64,000 bases of DNA from Chloroflexota bacterium. Lineage in GTDB: Bacteria > Chloroflexota > Limnocylindria > P2-11E. The notes below the pieces were generated by a model, which worked only from the letters and a program-made list of their open reading frames with translations, ran no database searches and had not been told where the DNA came from. Both the position numbers and the translations under genes were made by a program. Positions 9,425 through 17,573 of the stretch are shown here, one piece after another. Each line of letters begins with the position of its first letter. Positions within the stretch are counted from its first letter, which is position 1. The DNA lies in NCBI GenBank assembly GCA_005881885.1, contig VBDX01000130.1:1882-65881 (forward strand), given 5' to 3'.

Positions 9425-10906
9425 GTGCTCGGGCGGGTCCTCCGGCATGCCATTCCGCTGCGCCGCGGGGAATGGGGCCTCGCCATATTCCTCTACGTCC
9501 TGCTGACGCTCATGGTCGCTGCGGACTGGGTCGGGAAGCTCGGCGCCGACTCGCTCTTCGTGAAGCGCTGGGGCGTGAACTACGTGCCGGTCATGTATAT
9601 CGTCACGCCGGTCGCGATGCTCGCGGTCTCGGCGATGATCTTCTTCTTCGTCGATCGCGTTCGGCGGCGAACGCTTCTCCTCTGGTACGTGGCCGGCGTG
9701 ACGCTGCTCTCGGTGGCGATACAGGCCGGCGTGACCTTCCAGTCGCAGATCGAGAGCGGCTGGATCGTCCAGCCGATCTCCTACGTCTTCGCGCACGGCG
9801 TGAAGGAGACGATCTACATCCTCTTCTGGGTGTATGCCGGCAACCTGTACGGCGCCGAGCAATCGAAACGTCTCTTTCCGTTCTTCGCGGGCTCGGTGCT
9901 CGTCGGCAAGATACTCGGCGGCGCGATCGGCGCGGGCATCGCACCGGTCATCCACGCGGAGAACTTCATCGGCGCGCAGGCCGTCGGGTTTCTCGTGTGC
10001 TTCCTCGCGCTCGTCGTATACCGCGGCCTGCCCGAGGGTCAGGGCAGCCGGATCGAGGAAGAGCGCCCGAAGGGTCTCGCCGCGAGCGTCAAGGACTCGG
10101 TCGAAGGGTATCGCGCGGTCGCGTCCGACCGGATGCTCAGAACATTTGGTGTCGGAGTCTTCTTCTGGTATTTCCTCATGCAGTTTGGGAACTTCCTCTA
10201 CCTCGTAGGTCTCGATCAGAGCACGGCCGGAACGGGAACCGGCAACGAGGATCTGTTCAGCCAGCTCTACGCGTCGATCTACACCAGCTCGTCGCTCGTC
10301 GCGCTCTTCATCCAGAGCGCCTTCACGAGCGCGCTGCTACGGCGCCTCGGGATCGCACGGGTGCTGTTCGTGCTGCCGCTCTGGTTCCTCGGCTCATACG
10401 CCGCCGCGACGATCAACTTCAACATCATCACCGCTGTCGCGATCCAGCTGAGCGAGCGGATCGTGATCCCGGCGATCCACCGCCCCGCCACGGAGCTCGT
10501 GTACAGCCAGGTCGTCGCAGCGATCCGGCCGCGTGCGCGCGCGTTCCTTTCGGGCGGCGTGAATGCGTTCGGGAACTTCGCCGCGGCGGTCGCGCTGCTC
10601 ATCGGGCTCCAGATCCACGACAACCAGATCCTGCTGGGCGTGGCGACCGCCCTCTCGGGCGTCTACGTGTACAACGCCTGGCATACGATGCGCCTCTTCG
10701 GGCGGCGGATCCTCGAGAACATCACCTCGATCGAGCCGGACGTCCGATTCAGCGCCGCCGAGATCCTTGCCACAGAGCACGGCGCCGTCCCGGAAGATCT
10801 CCTGCGATCGCTCGACGGGACCATCCCCGCCGACGTGGAGCACGGCGTGCGCGTCGCGCTGACGCGTCGCGGCCTTCTCGCGGTCGCGGCCGACGTGACC
10901 GAGTAA
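9425..10906 (+). CDS. 12-TM transporter, ATP:ADP antiporter (TLC)/MFS-like
   Basis: 493 aa with about 12 TM helices. The N-terminal pattern LFV..W.VNYVPVMYIV.P.AML..S...FF.VDRVRRRTLLLWYV resembles the TLC/Npt nucleotide-transporter family. The family assignment is tentative. Confidence 0.55.
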   Translation: MLGRVLRHAIPLRRGEWGLAIFLYVLLTLMVAADWVGKLGADSLFVKRWGVNYVPVMYIVTPVAMLAVSAMIFFFVDRVRRRTLLLWYVAGVTLLSVAIQAGVTFQSQIESGWIVQPISYVFAHGVKETIYILFWVYAGNLYGAEQSKRLFPFFAGSVLVGKILGGAIGAGIAPVIHAENFIGAQAVGFLVCFLALVVYRGLPEGQGSRIEEERPKGLAASVKDSVEGYRAVASDRMLRTFGVGVFFWYFLMQFGNFLYLVGLDQSTAGTGTGNEDLFSQLYASIYTSSSLVALFIQSAFTSALLRRLGIARVLFVLPLWFLGSYAAATINFNIITAVAIQLSERIVIPAIHRPATELVYSQVVAAIRPRARAFLSGGVNAFGNFAAAVALLIGLQIHDNQILLGVATALSGVYVYNAWHTMRLFGRRILENITSIEPDVRFSAAEILATEHGAVPEDLLRSLDGTIPADVEHGVRVALTRRGLLAVAADVTE

Positions 10907-10907
10907 C

Positions 10908-11693
10908 GTGCCCAGAAAAGTGACGACGTCCATCGCCACGGCCCACGAGGCCGATGCCGAGCGCCGGCACGAGCACCGCTTTCAAGTGAGCGAGAGCATC
11001 GCTCGCCTCGTGATGCGCACGACGGCCAACAACCTCCCGCTCTCCCGCGACGATCGGCCCTACCAGTGGTCCACGACGACGTACTGCGACACGCTCAACT
11101 GGTCGATCTTCCGCGCGGCCCAGAAGGGATCGGCGATGCAGCTCCGCATCCGCGAGTACCACCGCACGCGGCCCCAGGGTGTGATGAATCCGGGAGCCGC
11201 GTGGATCGAGTTCAAGGACGACGAGGAGGACACCTCGCTCAAGGAGCGGTTCGGCGTCTCGATGGACGTCGCTCGTTCGTTCCTGCGCGGTGAGATCGCG
11301 CTGCCGGATCCCGATCACGGGCTTGCCGAACGCGCAGGGCGTCTCCTGAAGGATGGGGCGCGCCCGGTCGTGGTCACGCAGTACAACCGTCTCGCATACA
11401 ACTCCCTCGATACCGCGATCCGCATCACCGCCGATCACAACCTCATGTACTTCGCGTTGCCCTGGGAGGCGCGGGACGACAACGATCAGCCGTCTCCGCT
11501 CGGGACGCTCCTCGCGATGGAGCCCGATGTGATCGTCGAGATGAAGTGGTACGGCGAGCTTCCCCACTGGGCAATCGACCTGCACGCGTATCTGAAGGAG
11601 AACACTCACGAGGAGCGGCCCTCGAAGTTCATCGTCGCGATGCGCTGGTTGCTCGGGGAGACCGACGGAGCGAAGAAGAAGAAAAAGAAGTGA
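10908..11693 (+). CDS. VTC-domain (polyphosphate polymerase / CYTH-like) protein with C-terminal poly-Lys tail
   Basis: Matches bacterial VTC motifs: E.KF.V (EHRFQVSES), Y.I.S.YFDT (YQWSTTTYCDTLNW), K.RIR.Y (MQLRIREYH), F.E.K (AWIEFKDDEED..KERFGV). It ends in KKKKKK, encoded by AAGAAGAAGAAAAAGAAG. Confidence 0.7.
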   Translation: MPRKVTTSIATAHEADAERRHEHRFQVSESIARLVMRTTANNLPLSRDDRPYQWSTTTYCDTLNWSIFRAAQKGSAMQLRIREYHRTRPQGVMNPGAAWIEFKDDEEDTSLKERFGVSMDVARSFLRGEIALPDPDHGLAERAGRLLKDGARPVVVTQYNRLAYNSLDTAIRITADHNLMYFALPWEARDDNDQPSPLGTLLAMEPDVIVEMKWYGELPHWAIDLHAYLKENTHEERPSKFIVAMRWLLGETDGAKKKKKK

Positions 11694-13000
11694 AGGCTGT
11701 GGAGGAGACCATCCGCTCGGACGCGCCGGCCACGCGCGTGGTCGTCGTCGAGGACGACCAGGCCTCCGCCGACGTCCTCCAGCGGCGCCTGCAGGCGAAC
11801 GGGATGGTGGTCTCCGTGGCGCACGATGGGCGGCGTGGCATCGAGCTCGTCGAGGAGCTGCTTCCGGACCTCGTGCTCCTCGACGTGATGCTCCCCGACA
11901 CCGACGGCTACGACGTCTGCCTGCGCATCAAGAGCAACAGCACGACCGCGCCGATCCCGGTGATCTTCCTCTCGGCGCGCGGCGAGGTCGTGGACAAGGT
12001 CCGCGGCCTCTCGTGCGGCGCCGCCGACTACATCACCAAGCCCTTCCAAGCCGCGGAGCTCCTCGCCCGGATCGACGCGGTGCTGGGACAGGCGCGGAAT
12101 CCGCGCGTCCCGCGCCTGGCTCGGTCAGCGGAGCGCGCAGCCGGCGAGCGGCGCGTGGCGCGGGTCGCGATCGTGGACGGAGCGCTGCGCGCGCACGTCG
12201 AGCAGCTTCTCGCCACACGGTTCGACCTCGCGGAGGACAGCGATATGCCGGACGTCGTGGTGCTCGAGGGTAATGCGTCCGTCCCGGCCGACGCGCCGGA
12301 AGACGTCGCCGTCGTGCGCGTGACCGCCGGACGCGGATCGGACGACCGCGCAGAGCTCGTCCCGGTCGACGCCCAGCTGCCGCGGATCGTCGACCTTACC
12401 GTTCGCGAGCGCGGGCTCGACCACGACCTGCAAGCCGCGGCGGAAGCGTTGATCGTGCTCGCCGCCGCCATTGCGTCCCACGACCGCCCGACCACCGGTC
12501 ACACCGAACGCGTCGCCGCCCGAGCGGTGCAGATCGGCCGCGCGCTGGGCCTCGACGAATCGACGCGAATGACCATCCGGCTCGGTGCGCTGCTTCGCGA
12601 CGTCGGCCATGCGCGACTCCCAGGCTCGCTCCTCGCGAAGTCGGGCGAGCTCGGTCCTGACGAGCGCGCGATGCTCGAGCGCCACCCGGTGCTCGGCGAA
12701 GAGATCCTGGCCGGGTTCAAACGGCTCTCCGGTCTCCTGCCGATCGTTCGCCACCATCACGAGCGGCTCGACGGGACCGGCTACCCAGATGGGCTGCGTG
12801 CGGAGCAGATCCCCTTGGAGGTGCGCATCGTGACGGTGGCGGACCGCTTCGAGGCGCTCCTTGCGGACCGGCCCGATCGGCCGGCGGTCTCGGAATCGGA
12901 AGCGGTGCGGATCCTTCAGGGCGCGGTCGCGCGCGGCGAGCTGGACGCGGCGGTCGTCGCCGCGCTCGCGACGCAAGTGCGTGCGTACGGAGGGAATTGA
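11690..13000 (+). CDS. response regulator fused to HD-GYP phosphodiesterase
   Basis: REC domain (VVVVEDDQ, LVLLDVMLPD, TKPF) followed by HD-GYP (HTERVA..., HHERLDGTGYPDGL). Chosen start is the GTG at 11690 overlapping the VTC stop (GTGA). The ORF as given opens at 11546 but that would overlap VTC by 150 bp. Confidence 0.8.
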   Translation: MKAVEETIRSDAPATRVVVVEDDQASADVLQRRLQANGMVVSVAHDGRRGIELVEELLPDLVLLDVMLPDTDGYDVCLRIKSNSTTAPIPVIFLSARGEVVDKVRGLSCGAADYITKPFQAAELLARIDAVLGQARNPRVPRLARSAERAAGERRVARVAIVDGALRAHVEQLLATRFDLAEDSDMPDVVVLEGNASVPADAPEDVAVVRVTAGRGSDDRAELVPVDAQLPRIVDLTVRERGLDHDLQAAAEALIVLAAAIASHDRPTTGHTERVAARAVQIGRALGLDESTRMTIRLGALLRDVGHARLPGSLLAKSGELGPDERAMLERHPVLGEEILAGFKRLSGLLPIVRHHHERLDGTGYPDGLRAEQIPLEVRIVTVADRFEALLADRPDRPAVSESEAVRILQGAVARGELDAAVVAALATQVRAYGGN

Positions 13001-13001
13001 C

Positions 13002-13709
13002 GTGGCCGATAAAGACATACGCGTCGTGATCGTCGACGATGAACGACTATTCGCCGAGTTGATGCGAGTCGCCCTCAGGGCGGCGGATGGCATCGAGGTC
13101 CAGGCGGTGGTCCACGATGTGAAGGCCGCGATCGCCGCGCTTCACGAGTACAAGCCGGATGTCGTCATCGCCGACTATCACCTGCCGGACGGGACCGGCG
13201 CGGATCTCGCGCGCGCGGTGCGTGGGTCCTTGCCGGACACCTCCGTCCTCGTGCTCACGGCCGATCCGTCCGCGGCGACGCTGAACGACGTCGCGCGTTC
13301 GGGCGCGGTCGGCCACATGACGAAAGGTCGGGGCCTCACCGAGGTCGTGGACAGCGTTCGCTCGGCGGCGTCCGGCGAGATCCTCTTCGCCCCGAGCGAG
13401 CTGCAGCGCCTCCTGCTGGAGAGCGCGGCGGCGCGGAAAGTGATCGAGCCGCTCACCGCCCGCGAGCTCGAGGTGCTTCGGCTCCTGGCCGGCGGGACGA
13501 GCACATCGGCGGCCGCGGAGTCGCTCGGGATCTCCACCGCGACGCTCCGCGCGCATGTGCAGGCCGTGCTCCGCAAGCTCGGCGCGCACTCGCGTCTCGA
13601 GGCCGTGGCCGAAGCGGCCCGGCTCGGGCTCGTCACCCTGGAGTCCTGGACGCGCGACCGCCCGACTCCCCCGCGCGGGGGAAACGGTCCGGCCCCCGAA
13701 CGGTCATAA
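13002..13709 (+). CDS. NarL/FixJ-family response regulator (REC + LuxR HTH)
   Basis: GTG 2 nt after the upstream stop. REC domain (IRVVIVDDE, VVIADYHLPD) plus LuxR-type HTH (LTARELEVLRLLAGG.S...AAESLGIS..T...H). Confidence 0.8.
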   Translation: MADKDIRVVIVDDERLFAELMRVALRAADGIEVQAVVHDVKAAIAALHEYKPDVVIADYHLPDGTGADLARAVRGSLPDTSVLVLTADPSAATLNDVARSGAVGHMTKGRGLTEVVDSVRSAASGEILFAPSELQRLLLESAAARKVIEPLTARELEVLRLLAGGTSTSAAAESLGISTATLRAHVQAVLRKLGAHSRLEAVAEAARLGLVTLESWTRDRPTPPRGGNGPAPERS

Positions 13710-13768
13710 GTCCATCCTTTCGGGGGTGGGGCCGGTAGGACCCACCGCTAGCATCGGAGGCGAAAGAA

Positions 13769-14140
13769 ATGGCAAAACTGCTCGTAGCCGACGACCTGGT
13801 GCCCATCCGTCAGATGGTCCGGATCACCCTGTCCACCCAGGGCTGGACGATCGTCGAGGCGAAGAACGGCAATGAGGCGCTCGACCTGGTCCGGTCCGAG
13901 AAGCCAGACCTCGTCCTCCTGGACGTGGATATGGGCCCCGGCCCTAACGGCTTCGACGTCTGCCGCCAGATCAAGGCTGACGAGGCCACGAAGGACATCC
14001 CCGTGGTCATGCTCACGGCGCACGAAAGCGACAGTGACCGCGCGATCGGGTTTGCGGCCGGAGCGACGCAGTACCTGACCAAACCGTTCGGGCCGCTGGA
14101 GCTCATCGACACGATCCGCGGGATCCTCGCGCACAGCTAG
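13769..14140 (+). CDS. single-domain response regulator
   Basis: 123 aa receiver (LLVADD, LVLLDVDMG, TKPF). Confidence 0.85.
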   Translation: MAKLLVADDLVPIRQMVRITLSTQGWTIVEAKNGNEALDLVRSEKPDLVLLDVDMGPGPNGFDVCRQIKADEATKDIPVVMLTAHESDSDRAIGFAAGATQYLTKPFGPLELIDTIRGILAHS

Positions 14141-14146
14141 ATCGCC

Positions 14147-15133
14147 ATGGGCGCCGACGACACCAAGGAAATGATCGAGACGATGGACGCGTCGCCGCGC
14201 CTACCCGACATCACGGGCGAGGAGCAAGGCTCCGACGTCTTCCGTCAGCTCCTGCACCAGGCCGTCCGCGTCGCCGACCTGGCGAACGCCCAGGCCATGC
14301 GCATGGCGCTCGACTTCGCGAAGGTCTACGAGCGCGAGCAGGGCGTTCGCCATGAGTTCCAGTCGCAGCTCAAGCAGATGACGCTCATGGAGAAGCAGGC
14401 GACGCGCTACGCGGAGGACCTCGCCTCGATGCTCCGCAGCGAGCGCGAGCGCCGGCAGGAGCTCGAGCGCGCGCTCGAGCAGGAGCGCGTCGCGAACGAG
14501 GAGCTCCGCCGGACGGGCCTCCAGGGCATCAGTCACCTGCTCCTCGCGGCGACGATCAAGGACCGCACCACCGGCGAGCATCTGCAGCGGGTACGCGGAT
14601 ACGTCGAGGCGATCGCCCAGCGGCTCGGTCTGCCCGCCGATCTCGTCGAGGAGTTCGGGTACTCGAGTGTCATGCACGACGTCGGCAAGATCCACACGCC
14701 GGACCACATCCTTCAGAGCGAGCATCACCTCACGGATGAGCAGTTCGGCGTCATCAAGCAGCACTGCATCGATGGCGAGAAGATGCTCGGCGAGGCGAGG
14801 TTCTTCGAGACGGCGCGGGCGATCGCCCGCGAGCATCACGAGCGCTGGGACGGGCGGGGCTATCCCGACGGCAAGAAGGGCGAGGAGATCTCGCTCGCGG
14901 CGCGAATCGTCTCGGTCGCCGACGTCTTCGACGCGCTCACCTCGAAACGTCCATACAAAGACGCGTGGTCGGCCGACGCCGGCCTCAAGGCGATCGAGAA
15001 GGACGCCGGCGAGCGCTTTGACCCCGAGGTCGTGAGCGCCTTCGTCGCGCTGTCCCGCGAGGGCGTGGTCGAGACGATCAGGTTCGAGGTCGCGGCGAAC
15101 GCCCCCGCGCAGAACGGAAGCTCAGCCAAGTGA
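14147..15133 (+). CDS. HD-GYP domain c-di-GMP phosphodiesterase
   Basis: HD motif MHDVGKIHTPD and HHERWDGRGYPDG (the GYP signature). It starts 6 bp after the receiver gene. Confidence 0.85.
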   Translation: MGADDTKEMIETMDASPRLPDITGEEQGSDVFRQLLHQAVRVADLANAQAMRMALDFAKVYEREQGVRHEFQSQLKQMTLMEKQATRYAEDLASMLRSERERRQELERALEQERVANEELRRTGLQGISHLLLAATIKDRTTGEHLQRVRGYVEAIAQRLGLPADLVEEFGYSSVMHDVGKIHTPDHILQSEHHLTDEQFGVIKQHCIDGEKMLGEARFFETARAIAREHHERWDGRGYPDGKKGEEISLAARIVSVADVFDALTSKRPYKDAWSADAGLKAIEKDAGERFDPEVVSAFVALSREGVVETIRFEVAANAPAQNGSSAK

Positions 15134-15545
15134 TCGCGCCGCCTGCGGCGGCGCTCACGAGGATCGATAGCAGAACGAAGACGGCCAGCGACCAGGTCGT
15201 GAACTCATCCGGAATCCCGAAGCGCGAGACCGTCTCGCTCAAATAATCGCGAACGAAAAGCGCCCGCACCGTCCCGCCCAGGAATCCGGCGACGAGGCCG
15301 ACGACGGCGCCCGTGCGCAGGGCCAGTCCTTCGTCCAGAGCCAGGCGCGCGACGAACCAGCCGAGCGCCGCATAGACCGCCACCGAGAGGATGAAGCCGA
15401 GCAGGGTGAGCGCCGCGCCGCCAAGCGCGAGCGCGGGACGACCGCGTCCGGGGAGGTCCGCGAGCTGCTCCGCGCTCGCCGCCGACTCGGCCGCACCGAT
15501 CGCGACGAGCGCGCCGACGGCGAGCGTCATGGCCAGGTACCTCAT
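15078..15545 (-). CDS. small membrane protein
   Basis: This is the C-terminal 155 aa of the spurious 810-aa ORF. It begins MRYLAMTLAVGALVAIG with a signal-like N-terminus and 3-4 TM helices. The reverse-strand frame here reads as low-complexity Ala/Ser/Pro. Confidence 0.5.
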   Translation of the reverse strand: MRYLAMTLAVGALVAIGAAESAASAEQLADLPGRGRPALALGGAALTLLGFILSVAVYAALGWFVARLALDEGLALRTGAVVGLVAGFLGGTVRALFVRDYLSETVSRFGIPDEFTTWSLAVFVLLSILVSAAAGGAITWLSFRSARGRSPRPRT

Positions 15546-16269
15546 GCGGGCACCTTCGGGTCCGCCGCTTGCTCCGTCAACTCGCGTGAGTGCCGGCAAG
15601 GGGGACAGGCCCCCCTCGAACCTCCCGGAAGCCGGGCCCGAGCCCGGCCATGAATATCCCGAGCTTCCGGAGACCAGGAGTATCGGGGCGTGGCGGGATG
15701 CCGCGGCCCACTGCAAAGCCTGCGACCTCTGGACGAAAGCGACCCAGACCGTCTTCGGGGAGGGGAAGCGGACCGCCAAGGTCATCTTCGTCGGCGAGCA
15801 GCCCGGCGACAAGGAAGACATCGCGGGCCGACCGTTCGTCGGTCCCGCAGGCCGTGTCCTTGACGAGGCGCTGGAGGCGGCCGGCATCGACCGCGACACG
15901 GTGTATGTGACGAACGCGGTGAAGCACTTCAAATGGCGGACCGGCGGAAAGCGGCGGCTCCATGAGAAGCCCAACCGCAGCGAGATCGCGGCGTGCCGCT
16001 TGTGGCTCGACGCCGAGATCGCCATCCTCAAGCCGCAGGTGATCGTCTGTCTCGGCGCCACGGCGGCGCAGGCGCTCCTCTCGCCGACCTTCAAGGTGAC
16101 GAAAGAGCGCGGGAAGCTCATCCCGTCCCCGCTCGCGCCGCACGTGCTCGCGACCGTGCATCCGTCGTCGATCCTCCGAGCACCGGATGACGCGAGCCGC
16201 GAGCGCGAGATGCGCCTGTTCGTCGAGGATCTGCGCGCCGTCGCGAAAGTCATCCGCGGTCTCTGCTGA
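15544..16269 (+). CDS. udgX: family-4 uracil-DNA glycosylase, UdgX-like
   Basis: CKACDLW Fe-S cysteines, GEQPG motif A, HPSS motif B. It also has the UdgX-specific insertion loop GGKRRLHEKPN (KRRIH in M. smegmatis UdgX). An alternative GTG start lies at 15586. Confidence 0.75.
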   Translation: MRAPSGPPLAPSTRVSAGKGDRPPSNLPEAGPEPGHEYPELPETRSIGAWRDAAAHCKACDLWTKATQTVFGEGKRTAKVIFVGEQPGDKEDIAGRPFVGPAGRVLDEALEAAGIDRDTVYVTNAVKHFKWRTGGKRRLHEKPNRSEIAACRLWLDAEIAILKPQVIVCLGATAAQALLSPTFKVTKERGKLIPSPLAPHVLATVHPSSILRAPDDASREREMRLFVEDLRAVAKVIRGLC

Positions 16270-17410
16270 GCTCCTCCTCCCCACGCATGACCAGCGTCCC
16301 CGCGAGGGCGCACAAGCCAATGAGTCCGACGAAGCCCCAGGCCGCCGCGAAGCCCCAGGTCTGCACCGCATAGCCCATGACCGGCGCTCCGATCATCACT
16401 CCCGCCGTTCCCCCGGCCGCCGCCATACCCTGGGCCGCGCCTGGCGCCCGCCGAAGCGACGCGGCGGCGGTGTTGAACACAGGGGCGTAGGGGAGACCGA
16501 CGCCCGCTCCGAGGATGATCGCGCCGGCGAGAGCGACCGCGAGGGGCCGTCCGGGAATGGCGAGCAGCGCGACACCCATCACGGCCGCCACGTCGCCGAT
16601 CCGCATCACTCCCTTCGTCCGCGCGAGTCCTTTCGTCACCGCGAGTCCGCCGAGCGGGCGCGTGACCACCGCGACGAAGAGGAGGGTCGAGCCAAGGATC
16701 CCCGACAGCGCGAGCGTTAGCGAGAACTCGCGGAGGAGGAACACCGTGATCCAAGAGCCCGAGGCGATCGCGAGACCGAACCCCGCCGCATGCTGCAGAC
16801 TGACGAGCCAGCAATTCGCGCAGCGCAGGGCGTCGAGCATGCTCCCCTCGCGGCGCGCGCCTCTGACCGACGGCGCAGCGAGCCAGACGCCCAGGACCGC
16901 CGCGAGCGCGACCGCCTCGAGTCCGAACGATGCGCGCCAGCCGCCGATCGTGGCGGCGACGGTCGGCGTCGCAAGAAGCGCGAGCGCGGATCCGAGCGGA
17001 AAGCCGGCGCCGTAGAGACCGAGTGCGAAGTGTGGCTGAGCCGTCCCGTAGAGACCGGCGATGTACCGCGCGGCGGCCACGAAAGCGAGCGCTGAACCGA
17101 CGCCCTGTACCGCCTTTGCCGCTAGCAGAACGGGGAACCCGTTCCCCGCGGCGAAGATGGCCGTCCCGGCGATCGAAACGGCGAGGCCAACGCCGATCGC
17201 CCGTTTCGGGCCGATCCGGTCCGGAACGCCACTGGTCAGGAGCGTCGTGGCGATGTACGCGACGAAGAGCGCGGCCGAGAGGAGTCCGGCCTGGGCGTCG
17301 GACAGACCGAGGTCGGCCGCAAGGAGCGGGAGGAGCGCGGCGTGATCGGAGTACGTGGCGCCGAAGCCGATCGCGACCGCCGTGACAAGCCCGACCCCGA
17401 GCGCGCGCAT
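16250..17410 (-). CDS. MFS transporter
   Basis: 386 aa with 12 predicted TM helices and an MFS signature loop G.PDRIGPKRAI. Confidence 0.8.
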   Translation of the reverse strand: MRALGVGLVTAVAIGFGATYSDHAALLPLLAADLGLSDAQAGLLSAALFVAYIATTLLTSGVPDRIGPKRAIGVGLAVSIAGTAIFAAGNGFPVLLAAKAVQGVGSALAFVAAARYIAGLYGTAQPHFALGLYGAGFPLGSALALLATPTVAATIGGWRASFGLEAVALAAVLGVWLAAPSVRGARREGSMLDALRCANCWLVSLQHAAGFGLAIASGSWITVFLLREFSLTLALSGILGSTLLFVAVVTRPLGGLAVTKGLARTKGVMRIGDVAAVMGVALLAIPGRPLAVALAGAIILGAGVGLPYAPVFNTAAASLRRAPGAAQGMAAAGGTAGVMIGAPVMGYAVQTWGFAAAWGFVGLIGLCALAGTLVMRGEEELSRDRG

Positions 17411-17573
17411 CCCTGCCGACGCTACGCGAACGGGCTGACCGGCGGCCGGTAACCCGTCCTGAACGTTTCCGCGGCCCTGCTAGATTCCGGCCACCGAACC
17501 GCTCGAGCACGGCGGCACTAGTGGGTATGGATGCCGCAGTCAGCGGCCAGATTGGCGGGAGGGGACCCTCGAA

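Noticed and set aside
15078-17510. 810-aa ORF on the minus strand
   Set aside because: It is extremely Arg/Gly/Pro-rich and lies antisense to the UdgX-like and MFS genes. Only its last 155 codons (15078..15545) look like a real membrane protein.
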